DNA of 58,426 bases, the filler included, from Bipalium vagum (lineage: Eukaryota): assembly GCA_037834085.1 (NCBI GenBank). It is 3 parts of 3 records of this genome, joined end to end, with 100 filler letters (N's around TTAATTAATTAA, not from the genome) between each part and the next. Parts side by side here need not be neighbours in the genome. Positions count along the whole stretch, not along the records: positions 19,696 to 40,523 come from JBBMKC010246117.1; 2 more parts are not named here. One strand, 5' to 3'. The notes under the pieces were generated by a model that saw nothing but the letters and a program-made list of their open reading frames with translations, was not told where the DNA came from and did not search any database. Position 1 is the stretch's first letter, and every line of letters starts with the position of its first letter. Shown here piece by piece: positions 23,420 to 36,849 of the stretch. Made by a program: the position numbers and the translations under genes.

Positions 23420-26400
23420 TTATAAATCATAATTTCTGATGAATCTGTTACCCTCTGAATATCGACCTTTATAAATGTATTGATTTTTTCCAAAATAAAC
23501 TGCAAAAAATGTTAAAATTAAAATTGATATCATTAAAAAATATTGTAAGAAATAAAAATTCCACGATCAATAACTATCAAAATTAACTTTCGATAATAAT
23601 AATCAATAAAGGTTGTCAGTTCCACCATAAAGAAACTATCGCTTTCTTTTAACGGATTCCAGTTTGGAGTATGATTCGACATAATTCACCTGTTCGACTA
23701 TAAGACCACTTTCAAATGTAATCATTTCTCATCGCCCGTTATGGTTCTTTTCAAAAATCAAAACTTTTTTATCACGTTCTTTTTGATTTCCATAGACACA
23801 ACAGGGTCAGATAAAAAAAAATTTGTTTAATAATAATACTCGGCTGTTTCATTAAATAATTCAATGGCTTATGGATATCAAACTTTTTTATTGGTTTTAA
23901 ATGATCTGATTGAGGTGAGAAATATTGTTTCCATATTTCCAATGGTAATAGACGTTTTTGCAAAATATTTTACGCTGAAAATGTTTAAATTTCTACGTTT
24001 TCCAATGATTAAAAAATTGTCATGTAAACATGGTTTCATCTTACTATTTATACATAACTATCGACTAGTGTGTGTTGAATATATCGATTTATTTTTTAGA
24101 TATCAATATTATTTCCACAAAAAAATACATCAAGAGAATGTTCAAAACCATTTGATTTTTATAATTCTAAAAATAAATATTCATATGAATCGATATATTT
24201 ATTGATTTTTAAAATTTACAAAATTTCGAAGTTTAATTGATCGTTTGAGATGCATAAAAAATATAATGAAAATTATTCATCAAAATTTTTTAAAAGCAAT
24301 TTATATATTGATGAAATAAGTTTTTGAGATGATAAGGAAAAACTTATTCTCTGACCTTTAGAATGTTTCTTTTTCGTTGGTTCACCGAGAGGACTCAAGG
24401 TTTCACTGCCAACCTGACTTTTGAGACCCATGCCTGAAATCCAATCCACAACTCGATTATTATACAAATATGCGAGGGTACCCGTTTTAGAATTATTGTC
24501 ACCAAGATCTGAATAAGGAACCAAAAAGTAACAGTTCAAAGTCACGAAATAAAAGCGATAACGGTAAAAAAATTAAAGATTTTTGGTAAAATATGCATTT
24601 TTTAAAAACGAAAAAAATAAATTAATGATTGAAACTTTGATATTCGATTGGAAAACATAAAAAGTAAGAGATTTCTTTTAAATTAATATATTCGAGACTA
24701 CTTCAGATATACTTCTCATTTACGGGAACACAGATTAAACACTTTGGTTCAGTAATAAGTAACGACTACATTTTACTTTTATTGCTTATTTATTGTTATT
24801 GTTATTATTTTGATTGTTTTAGCGCTTTAGTTACGATAAGATTTTTAAATATTAAAGTAAAACACGAGTTTTATAATAATTATTATATGGTTAAAATTAA
24901 TAAAGATTTCCCTTGAATTCCTTCAAATTAATTAAATTGAATTGACAGTATTTAATTTATATCTTTAGTCAACTATGAAAACGTAACATATTAAACTGAA
25001 AAATCCTCAATTTTTTCACACTGAGCATTCATCTATTTCCAGTTCTGAAATCGACTTATTCCTACATTCTCTACTCTTAAACATCTGAATTTGTCACATA
25101 TCCAGAATTGATTTCTTAGGTCTTAATGGAAAAGTCAACTTTTAATATATCTCATTGACATTAATCGCTGATGCCTTCAAAAAATCATTCTCTGTTCACT
25201 CTAAGACTTATTATTCCCAATGAAATTCTAATTTTATAAAATTTGATGCATTTGTAACTTTTTGTCTTGTGCTAATTAATAAAACACACCCCCGCTGTAA
25301 ATTCAATTAAATTATAATGATCCGATAAATTTCAATATCTGTATATTTTAAGTTTCAGGATAATTTCACTCAATTCCCATCCGATAAAAATACAATACTA
25401 ACATATATAATTATTATTTTAAAAAGACTTAACTAGTCAACAATTGATTTTTTAATTTAAAGAGAATTTACAATCCAACATTTTCTTTTGTCACAAAAAA
25501 TTAGAAAACTGACTTTAATACTACTACTAATAATAATAATATTAATAATAATAAGAATGATGATAATTTATTAGATATAGGTGAGCAGTGTGTAGAAAAA
25601 AAATAATTAATCAAGTTAAAAATATAAAGAAAGACTATGACAACTTTAATCAAATTAAAATAAAAGATGAAATATCATTAAGCAGACAAATTTAATCTCA
25701 TTTCTCCACAGAGATTATAGTTTACAAAATGTTCCTTTATGATCATTTTTCTATCATTATCCACAGAAGTAATCATTGTTTTTCACAATCATTTTCTGAT
25801 TTAGTTCAAAAAAAGACGGAATTATGTGACAGAAATCTTTAAATATATTTCTACACCTCATCTTATTTAAAAATCTTTATATATGTGCTTATCTATTTCT
25901 TTCGATAATTATGGACTAGTCTGTCGAGTTCTGTTACAATCAAAATGTTCTGTACACTACACATGAATCTGTCAAAATATTTTTATAATTGGTAAATTGA
26001 TACATGTGATGAATACAATTTTATTGTGAGTAATCTGATTTAACGACAGATCTGCAAAAATATTCTTAGAATCAAATCAGGGACGATAACAATGTTCATG
26101 ACTAATAACATAGTTTTGAAGACCATAATAATTATAATAATGATTATTAATTATTATTTTAAAATTATTTAAAATCTTTATTTATTTTATTTCAATTCAT
26201 GACTTAAAATTTACTGATTTATTTATAAAATGCAATTTTTAAATATTGATTTAATAACAATCTATATTATTACTTACTCAATACCATAAAAACTAGATTT
26301 GTTAAAATTAATTATAAAATAAAACAAATAATATTAACAAAATTTGTTATAACGAATGTGGTACACTAACATTTAAACGTTTCTGCTTTATAATTTCCGT

Positions 26401-29400
26401 TACTATCCGAGATTTGCTTTCAAAAAAAGAAGTCAACGTTTCATGCTTAATTGACCAGAAATTCTCTTCTAATGAAAACCACAATTCGTCAACATTTTTA
26501 CATTTATTTCTAAGAGCTCGCTTATTGAGAGACGTGAAAAAATAGATGTCGTTAGTATTTCAATATGGAGACTGTGTGGGTTAGTTAGTAGTGGTTATTC
26601 TGGGGACAAGACTATCTCCGAAGTCACTGAAGCGTTTAACATTATTCTTTCCAATTTGTGAACGAGCATTGTCCCTTTGCACAGTCACATTCTGATACGA
26701 CTGCATTTTGTTATAAATCATAGGCATTAGTTCTACAATGATTATCAAGTCATAAAAACTAACTGCCGTTATTATGCAATCCATTTTGTATGAGTTACCC
26801 TTATGATCATTTTTCGAAGAACGATGGGACTCGACATTTTTCTGAATCCTCCAGATACCAATCAATCCATTAAATCCATTTTCAACATCAGGCTTTGCAA
26901 TAGCTGTGAGAATCATGATTTTTGTGAATTACCTTTACTTAGTAGTGGCTGTTTTCTTTGCGGACTACTATCATATCGGTCTCGATAAAAGGGATACAGT
27001 TCAAACCACTTCTCATCTATGTCAACATGACTTTTCCATTGATGATGACGATTCCGTCGACTCCATTTTAGACTCTTCAATTTCTGGTCATTACTGAACA
27101 GAGAGCATGTTCTTCTAGAAATAAGTCTCATTCCTTCTTTGATAATTCTTTGAACACTTGTATGCGGAATTTCAGTCTTATCAGAAATACACAATTCCAG
27201 ATGATCTCCGCTTCCGAATAGATTCCACAACTCGTGTCGTCTGTCAACATATCCTTCGATATGCTTTCTTCTTGAACCACTCTTTCTGTCCAGAGTACCT
27301 GTTTCAAAAAATTTCTTTCCTAAGTCGTGTGCGTAATCTTTGTTAACATCATATAGACTTTTAATTGTTTCGTACTGTGGCTGTACTTTGCCAATTTTCA
27401 TGAGAAACCTTTCATAGTGGATTAAGATTAATATTTTTTAGTTATTAGATAGCGCCATTTATAAAAATCAATATTATATCAATTAAACAAACTAGACTTA
27501 CAAATTATTTTCTAAAATAAATATTTGGGTTTTTTGTGATATTGAGTAAGTATAAAAATGAATCGATAAGTCAATCACATAAATTCGAAATCGATACTGA
27601 TAATTGGGACTACCAAAAATCATAATTAAGACAAAAAAATATGTTGATTGGTAGAGACCGAAAAAATCATGAAAATAATTTTTATTAAGATGAGATTGAA
27701 AGAATTAAAATATAAATCAGAAAATAAGAAAATGAGACTGAAAATATTTACTGTACTAACCTGATTTTCTGATCTGAAGAAATCTCCCTCGTCTTGCTGC
27801 TTCAGCTCTTTCATGTTCTGTAACCTCTGCAGAATCAATAAATTGCAATTGTGGAAGGCGGTACAATATTCTCAATCTACAAAATCGACCATTTTCCAAT
27901 AATTGAAATAATAATCCATAATCCAATGGTAGATTAATACAATATACGGTGAGGAACGTGAGAAGTTAATTGCAATATCTTTACATTGATACCAAGTCTC
28001 AAATTACAAACGAAAGCTCGAATCACAGAAATATATATGCGGGTGCCTTAGTCCAATCGGGACGGTTATTAGATGAAATGTGATCTAAGCACAGAACCCG
28101 AAGATTTTAATAATTACAAGAGTGGGGCTGGAAAAGAAGACCTCTTTGTTGTGTTTAACCCTAATGTTAAGTAGATATATTTTACAATTTATTTTGAATA
28201 AAAAGGAAAATTGCTAAAATTTCGTAGATTTTTGTTATTAATCAATAAAATATTTTAATATTTAAATAGCAAATGCTTCTTGTAATATTTTACTATAAAA
28301 AGAAATATGTAAAAAGTACTAAAAATTTCAAATTGATAAGGCCAACCTAAAAATGTTACACCTTTGAAATTTTACTTACTAAATTTTAAAAAAATAAACT
28401 AATGATAATGAACCGAGGATTAGGAATACTTTTTTCCTGGAAAAATATCCATTTTTTTATTTAAAAAGTTTAAATATTAAAAGCTGATTTTTTCAAATTT
28501 TTAAAAACTTTGAAATGTTTTCACGATATAATTCAGCGATAAAATCACTAAATTAAAAATTAAATCAAATAAGAAAAATTAATCATTATTTAAATTGAAA
28601 CTTTTATTATTTTAATTTATTTATCCCTTAACAAATTTTGACTAAAATTCTTATTTCAATTTTTATATATAAACAAATATAAGTTTTAAAATATAAAAAA
28701 TATTTCAAATAATATAAAAAGATTTATGATTGTATACTGATTTGAGTAATAATATAAATTTTAAAATAATAATTTTAACAAATAAAAAATATTAAATATT
28801 TAAAAATTAATCATAAGAACTACTCTATTAATATCTTAAAATATATTATGTATAAAATGTTTAATAATACGTATTATATGTATATTAATGCATAATAACA
28901 CACGATTCTCGTGATTTGACAATTATATATTCAGATTTGTGATGACGATAAATAGTAAAATAATTAAGGAGTTCAAAGTTATAGACGTTAATAATAATTA
29001 AGAAAATAAAAATTATCATTTTTAATAAAAATGATAGTTTAATATTAAAACATAAATTTAATATTATTAATTTTTTATTTAATTAAAATCTATTTTTCAA
29101 CATAAATTCGATTGGATATTACATTTTTAGATTATAAGATAAATAAAATAATAATAAAAATAACTTTAGAAATGATGACTACAATTTTTAGTTTTCAGAT
29201 AGCTTACACGTTTAGTCTTAGTTATTAAATGTTACAGGAAAAAAATTATCAACTATTTTTCAATTAACACCAATTTCTAAACAATATAAATTTAAACAAA
29301 TTTATTTATTTGGCAAAAATTCATTTGATTTTTTTTGAATAACAATATTAATATATTAATATTTTTATAGTTATTATTTTATTGATATATTTCTTGATTA

Positions 29401-32400
29401 TTGTAGTTTACTTTTAAATTTCTTATATTAAAAAATTATCACAATAATAATTCAATCATATACAATATTGGGTAACAGCTGTTTTAATCAATCAATTATA
29501 GCACGTATGTTTTTTATCAATTTAGAAATAATCTTGTCTTTTTTCTAAATTAAAAAGATGTCTTGCATTAGAGATTCTCAAAGATAACATTAATAATCAA
29601 TAAAGTCGTTAAGATAAAAAAAATTTACATTACATTAAAATTTATTATTATCAGAAATTCTTTGCAAATTGCAAATAAATAAAAGGCATAAATTCAGAAA
29701 TAATCCCAAAGATGGAAATGATTTTAAAATGATAATAAAATTATGAGAAATGGGTTTTCCCCAATCAGACGAGTTTCAAATCCCACGAACTAATATTTTA
29801 ATTTTATATTTCTATTAAACAGAGTTTCGAGATTAATTTTACAAATTCCAATAAATCAATTTTTATTACATTTTGATTTTATTCTTTGGTAAAATTTAAC
29901 GATCCGTTTAAAAAGAAAATCGATCAATTTTGATTCTTAAAATAATTCCAATAAATAAGGAGAATTTATATCAATAGAAATATTTATAGAATAGAAATAA
30001 TATTTTGATAAAAAATATATTGGAAAAATACTTTAATAATACAAATATTAAATATTGATTTAAAAATATCAAATAATTATATAATAATAATCTTAGTCAA
30101 ATATTATTAAGTTTTTGTTGTTTCATTAAAAATTGTGAATAATCAAATAAAATTATAAATTTTCGAATGAACAAATTAAATTAATTTTAAGGAAACTTAC
30201 TAAAAAAAATTGTGCACAAGAATCTAGATTTTTAAAATATTTTAAATTTAATATCATTTTAAAATAATTTTAATTAAAATCAATCAATTTCTGTAAATAA
30301 ATTGTAAATCAACTAGATATAATAATATAATTGATTAAATATCTTATTTATTAAATTTTTTAATATTTGAAGTGTAAACGAATTAATTTTAAAAAATAAA
30401 AAATAAGAGAAAATTTTAATCTAGAACAATGCAAGGATTAATTAATTCCTTAAAGTAATAATACTTTAAAATTAATAAAATTAAGTAATAATAATAATAA
30501 TAATTTTTCACGTGAATTTTCTTTAATAATTAAACTAGTTTTTACTAATTTTACAAATAAGAAACATAAAAATGTGATTTCACATTTAATTCTGAAATAA
30601 CGAATCGATAATTAAAGTACTGATTAAGAACCTGAACTCTGGTGTATCGCCTTATGTGGATGCCTGTAAATTAACAAGGGCTCAAATTATGTAATTTTCA
30701 ATTTGAGGTAATTACTGTTTAATTTTAAGTCATGTCGTTCCTCAGGCCCTTCATTCTTTTTTCGTTTTATTGATTTTCATTAGAATTTAAATGATTGCAA
30801 CACAGATTCCTAAAACTCGAATTTTATTCCGCATAAAAAAGATGAGGTTTTTATTCAGAATGTGAATACATTTTAAAATTATTTTACAATCAAATTTATT
30901 GAAGATTCTCTTGGTTTTTCCATTCACTCCGCTCTAAGCAAACTGCTTACACTTGCATCAATTTAATTCCGAGATTAAATTAAAAAACAACAACGAAACA
31001 AACTTGGAAAAAATATTAATGTTGGTTGTTGTTTTAATCTACTGAAATAATAACTGTCTGAGAAAACAAAGCCATTAACACAACCGTCAAAATACAATTT
31101 TAATTAAAAATTATTAAATAGTTTATACAAAAATTAAATTATTAAAAAAAATGTAATTAAATTTTCCTATTGAAATACGAGGTAGAATAAAAAAATAATT
31201 TCAATTTAATAAAATGAAAATTAGCAACCTCACTTTCTCATTTTAATTAATTATTAATTATTATTAGGTGTACAACTATGACTCCGGCTTTTTTTTAAAT
31301 GTTAATAAAATTTTGTTTGCACTCTATACCTAAATTATATTGAATTGATTTATAAACAAAAATATCGTATAATTAATAATATCACGAGACCGTTGTTTTA
31401 ATATTCCTTGTTTAAATATTATAGCGATTCAAAATGTCAATGTTCATCTCAAATAAACGACATTTGCGGGAAGAAATTCTACATTACTTTATTGCCAAGA
31501 AAACTGCAACGGAAACAAACCGCTTGCTTGGTTTTGCCGTTTTAGAAATGACCAAAATGATACAAACGACAAGGAGCATGAGAAGCCGCAAAAACAATGT
31601 GAAGATAGACATTTGAGAAGGCTGTTGGACGAAGACCCATGCCAAACACAATCTGATCTGGCTGTCGGATTAAATGTGATTCAACAATGCATTTCAAAAC
31701 GTCTGACAGCTTTAGGAATTATTCGAAAATTAGGAATTTGGATCCCACATGAAGTGATAGAAAGATGCATTGAACGGCGAAAAACAATTTGTGAGGTCCT
31801 TCTTCAGAGACAAAAAAGGAAAAGTTTTTTGAATCGAATTATCACAGGATTCGAAAAATAGCTTCGTTATGACAATCCAAAACGCAAAGAAGCATGGGTG
31901 ATGCCAGATGAACCCGGTCCATCAACACCGAAACAAAATGTCCAAGGTTTGAAAGTTATGTTATGTATCTGGTGGGATCAGAAAGGAGTGATCTATTATG
32001 AATTTTTAAAATCTTCTCAAACACTAACTGGTGAACTTTATCGATCACAATTACTTTGTTTGAAGCAAGCTATGAATGAAAAACGACCGGAATGGGTGAC
32101 TAGACACAAAAAGATAATTTTACAACATGATAACGCAAGACCACCGTTAATTCAGTTGTAAATAATTACTTAGAAGGTACAAAGTTGGAATTCTTACATC
32201 ACCAGCCTTATTCACCAAATATCGCTCCTTCGGATTACCATTTGTTCCTCTCTTTGCAATCAGCACTTTCCGGAGAACGGTTTAGTTCCTTTGAAGACCT
32301 CCAAAATTGGATTGACAGCTGGATTTCATCAAAAGAGCCAGAGTTTTTCTTTCATGGAATTCATTCGTTACCTGAAAGGTGGGCAAAGGTTGTAGCTTCC

Positions 32401-35400
32401 AATGAAACATATTTTCAATAAATGCTTTTAAATGAAATTTGTAATAAATGTCTTTGTTTTCTTATTAAAAAAACCTGAGTCATAGTTGTACACCTAATAT
32501 TATTTATCTTTTTTTTGAAAACATTTAGTTATTACTATTATTACTAATTTATTATTATTATTATTATTATTATTTTATTAATTTTTTTATTTCGAAACCT
32601 ATTTTTAAGCAATTCTTTCTTACTTCGTATTTCTTAATTATTATCTCTCTTTGATTTTTTTTATTATTTAATTAAACTTAATCCTATAAGATATTTGTAA
32701 ATTATTTTCAGATGTGACAAAAAATTGTATTATAGGAAAATTAATAAAGTTTTAAGCTATTATGAAAAATAACATCTACTTATTTAAAATTTTATATAAT
32801 ATATTTTGTTTTTATATTTTATATAAATTTGATAATAACAAAAATTAAGTAAAATGATATTAATAATATTTGCTCATATAGGACATGAAATATACTTTAT
32901 TAAGTTCAACTATATTGATTTTATTCGCACATCACTATTGAATATACTGTCACTGGACATAGATGACAAACATGTGACTTTACACGTAAAACCTTATTTT
33001 ATTGTTTGAATTTTAACAATATAAAAAATCGAAATTTTATAAGTGAATGAAAAGTGTTTCCAAGCGAGTCACTTTTAAATGGTCCAGAACAAAGACATCA
33101 AATAAAAAGATTAATGGTTTGTAAAAATGGATTTGATTGACTTGAGTAACAAAAATATCGAGACATTGGGGATCAATATCTTATTCAATGTGATAAACTA
33201 AATCATTTTTCATTCCAATTTATATTGATTATATAATTTATGTTAGTTCTCAGAATTAATTTGAAATTTGAAATTTTTTATAATTATTGATAATTAATAT
33301 TTAAATTTATTCCACAACTTTATTCAATAACACAATCAATATAATCGTTTATGACGTAGATATGGGACTTTAAAAATATAAAAGATATTGAAAGAATTGG
33401 ATTACGACAATATTGGTTATGTCCACAAAGTCTTGTCAGTGGTCTTAAAAAAGTAACAGATTGTTAACAGCTTTTATTCTTAAAACATTAATATTATTTG
33501 TCACCTTTAAAATAATCACCATTGCAATCAATACATTGTTCAACCTTTTCACTATTAATCGAAAAAATCCTTCGTATTCTTCAGGTGTGACTGATTTTAG
33601 ATTTAGAATGTTTTCTTCCTTAATCTCATCAACAGCGGTATAAATACTCACTTTGATGGCACATTTATACTTTCCAAAAAGAAATAAATCACAAGGTTAT
33701 AGATCTAGAGAGTATGGTGAATGTGACATAACTGTAACTTGCCGTTTCTACAAGAAATCGTTGATCAATAGCGACGCACGAGGTCTTACATTATCGTGCA
33801 GAGTATGGAACTCATTTCAATGTCACTGTTAGTTGAAAATTAATTGGAGATACCGGAATTCGAACCCGGGATCTTTCGTATGTGTATGGACTGCTCTAAT
33901 CGCTGAACTACATCCACCGACTAATTTTCGATTTATCTCAAAACCACAAATCTGGTCTTTTCTATCGTAATTTTTCAGATTATCTCGTGAGAACATCTTT
34001 GTAAACATATTGGTCAATAGTTTGGCCCTCAAGAAAAAATTCGTAGTGAATTATCCCTCTAATACCTAAAAGGTAGTGAGGATGCATTTGATTTTCGACT
34101 TTGACATTCGTGTAATTTTTTTTTCTAATGAAAATTTTCCTTGTCATTCCATGTTTTGTCTTTTGGTTTCTAGATCGTTTTTGGACATACCTTTTACAAT
34201 ACAATAATTTTTGTACTAGATCGATTATAATAATTGGAAAATAAATTATAAATAAATAATAACTTTAACCACAGAAGCATTCAATAAGAGTGGATACAGA
34301 AATTGAAATAGAAAACATTCTATACAACGGTAAAATGAAAAAAAATTTAACATTGAATTCGTGAAAAGTGAATTACTTTTTGCTTTACTTCTCTAATAAT
34401 ATTAATAACAAAAATAACAACAACTATAAGTAATAAATATATATTATCTTTTGGATCGATAATTAATATATTTAAAAAATTTAAAATATCGAAAAATTAA
34501 AAAAATTATATCAATTTAAGTTTATAAGTCTAATATTTCACTTAACGATTATAATTATTCTGGATAATATTCAGAAATTTTCTGTCAGATATCAACCGAG
34601 AGGACGATTATGTTTATCGAAATATTTACAGTTACAATTATAATAATATTTATCTGAGAAGCTTATTCTATTTAGAAAATTATTTAGACCAGTAAACTTT
34701 TTGTATGGAAAATCTTTAAAATATCAATACTGTGTCGACAAGTGGTGAATGAAAAAAAAAACCTTTGTACTACAGAGAAGTTTCATTTTTTCACAAATCT
34801 ATCATTCAGCCCTATAATTTTTAAATATTTTCTCATTTTTCCAAAGACCTGTTTATTAACCTTATAGATTATATATTGATAAAAATATTTTTCACTCAGA
34901 TTTATTGACTTATAATTACATAATAAATTTGTTCATAAATTGGTCCCGTTCCCAGTTAAAGAAAAATTTTATTGAAAAACATTCTCCTTTAATCAATATT
35001 TATTTTAGATCCAGATGGATGATTTTTCTAAGAACTTCTGAAGTTTCTGACTAAAGAACCGCTCTGTGTCTTTCCAAGGCTCCCACAGAAAGAAAGTTTT
35101 TACCAAAAATCTGGCTGTTTAGAATCAATATAAATAAATAGAATTTTAAGGTTTCTGTCTAGTGACCTAAAAGAAACATGGTCTAACATTTTCTCGGCGG
35201 AACACAAATTTCATTCTGCTGGTTACCTTGCGAATCTTTTCTCAGTTTAATTTAGTAAACGGTAAAAAATATTTCTCATATTTAATAATTTGATTATCAA
35301 TGGTAACTACGACAATAATAAAATAACATTCAAATTAAACTCAGATTACATAAAATTCGAATCGATTATCATTTCGATTTGCATTGAGACTGAAAAATAC

Positions 35401-36538
35401 TATCAGAGTTTTCCTTAAACCCAGGAGACTTCTGGATAAAAGGAAAGATTGCGGTTGAATCGTCCTCTTGATTATTTTAAAATGATTAATGATTGAAGAT
35501 AAAAACTGAAAAGCACCAGAAACAATGACTTTCTGTGAATAAAATAAAATTTTGAAAAATTAAAACTACAAAGAGTTTACCTCGAGAAGTGCAAACAGTA
35601 TTGATTAAAGAATAAGATTAATTTATCAAATTCAGAAAAGTGCTCGATGATCAGAGTTCATCGATTTTCACAAAGATATCGATATAATTAATGTCAAAAT
35701 CCATATGATAATATGGTATTAATATTCAATGTGAAAATGTCGTTTAAACTAAACTCCACGTATCGATCGTGAAATTTAATTTTACTCAATAATTGGACAA
35801 ATTCCAATTTTTCAACAAATAATTTTCTATTTTGATTACCATTGATAAAAATGTTATACCTGACTGATTTCAAACATGTAACTTTAAATACTTGATTCTA
35901 TTAAAAAAATAATTTCCAGAAAACAATTATGAACAAATTTTCCGTTATAAATACTTGTGGTTTAAAAATTAATTCTGTCATAACCTGTATCTTTGATATT
36001 CATCATCATCTTCTTCAATACTTTCAATGGATTGGTAGTTAGATTCATCAGTCATTGCAGGATCATTTTCGAAAGAATAAGCATTTTCCCGACCATTGGA
36101 TAATATGGACAAATATTTGTAAATCGGATCAGGTGAAATTGGATTTCCCAAGAGACTTAAAAATGTTAAATTTGGAGTTTTTTCAACCAACTCGTCGAGT
36201 AAAATATCAAGATCTTTTATCTATATATTTTGGTGATATAATTTTATTTTAGAATATTAATTACTTGATTTTTATTTAAGGAAAGTGTATGAAGGCTCGG
36301 AAACTTTGGGATATTTATCGACTCTTGGATATAATTATTGTCAGCCACAATTTCTTCTAGATTATGTAAAAACGATAAAGATTCTAATGACCTATAAATT
36401 TGAAAGAAAAACTCAACTTTTTAATATTTCAACACATTCAATTACTTACTTAAATTGATTATCACTTATAATTAATACTTTTTCTTCGTGAGAGACAGAA
36501 TTACTGCTCAATGATTCTAAGCCGCGCCCGACAAACAT
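23420..36538 (-). CDS. LRMDA: LRMDA (C10orf11) leucine-rich repeat protein; exons 36538(acceptor 36544)-36450, 36391-36265, 36220-35985, 27876-27761, 24508-24356, 23499-23420 (266 aa from the internal ATG)
   Basis: The spliced frame (801 nt, phase-consistent GT-AG) gives SLESLSFLHNLEEIVADNN..LHTLSLNKNQIKDL..TPNLTFLSLLGN..YQRYR.RILYRLPQLQFIDSAEVTEHERAEAARRG..GKNQYIYKGRYSEGNRFIRNYDL*. This matches the LRMDA C-terminal signature Y.Y.G..SEGNRFIR..L. A short first exon may lie upstream; I did not find it. Confidence 0.9.
23590..24050 (-). mobile_element. decayed mariner in the last LRMDA intron
   Basis: FLKRTITGDEK* and IVSLWWN fragments. Confidence 0.6.
26273..27550 (-). mobile_element. 1278-bp Tc1/mariner-superfamily element of DD39D ('plant mariner'/Guest)-like type with D40D spacing; transposase pseudogenised
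   Basis: TA flanks at 26271-72 and 27551-52. TIRs CTTACTCAATACCATAAAAA / CTTACTCAATATCACAAAAA. Transposase from ATG 27458 with HVDIDEKWF, VQRDNAR and *PTQSPY*NTNDIYFF motifs, broken by stops and a frameshift. Confidence 0.8.
31264..32497 (+). mobile_element. near-full-length mariner, mauritiana (Mos1-like) subfamily, inactive
   Basis: TA flanks; TIRs TTAGGTGTACAACTATGACTC(C/A)GG. Transposase 31434-32421 with WIPHE, RIITG, KVMLCIWWDQKGVIYYE, HDNARP and YSPNIAPSDY; frameshifts, a stop and a deletion of roughly 50 bp in the first HTH. Confidence 0.95.
33413..34210 (-). mobile_element. 5'-truncated mariner relic carrying a tRNA-like insertion
   Basis: GIIHYEFFLEGQTIDQYVYKDVL, KRPDLW, LHDNVRP, PYSLDL*PCDLFLFGK; 3' TIR-like TTGGTTATGTCCACAAAGT at 33413 after TA. 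Confidence 0.8.
33845..33917 (-). pseudogene. tRNA pseudogene or SINE head, tRNA-Ala-like body with CAC at the anticodon position
   Basis: GTGGATGTAGTTCAGCGATTAGAGCAGTCCATACACATACGAAAGATCCCGGGTTCGAATTCCGGTATCTCCA. The T-arm/B-box and D-stem are intact and the acceptor stem has an Ala-type G3:U70, but the anticodon stem is broken (2 of 5 pairs). Confidence 0.75.
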
Positions 36539-36849
36539 AATATTCTGTAAAATCAAATTTTAAAAATAGCCCAAAAAACGATTTTATAAACACAAGATTA
36601 TTTAAAATGTTTTAAATTTTCATTAAAAAATAAATCTCTTTAATCCATGGATTTTATAGAATAATAATTTTAATATTTTTTTATGTTTAATAAGGAAATT
36701 TATATTAAACTAGAGGGACTGGAAATCAGTGTTATAACCTTTTCAATTATAAATAAAATTAATTTTATTTAACTTTCACATTTATAAATACTTTTATTTT
36801 CTGAAAATCTAGCAACTTTGGGCTGCGAGAAAGCATACCTTTGGGACTT

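Noticed and set aside
26273-32497. In-frame stops in transposases as evidence for an alternative genetic code
   Set aside because: The stops co-occur with frameshifts, and all host genes translate cleanly with the standard code and end in TAA or TGA.
33845-33917. Functional Ala-charged tRNA reading Val codons (recoding)
   Set aside because: The anticodon stem is mostly unpaired, the D-loop GG is lost and the acceptor stem has a mismatch; pseudogene decay explains it more simply.
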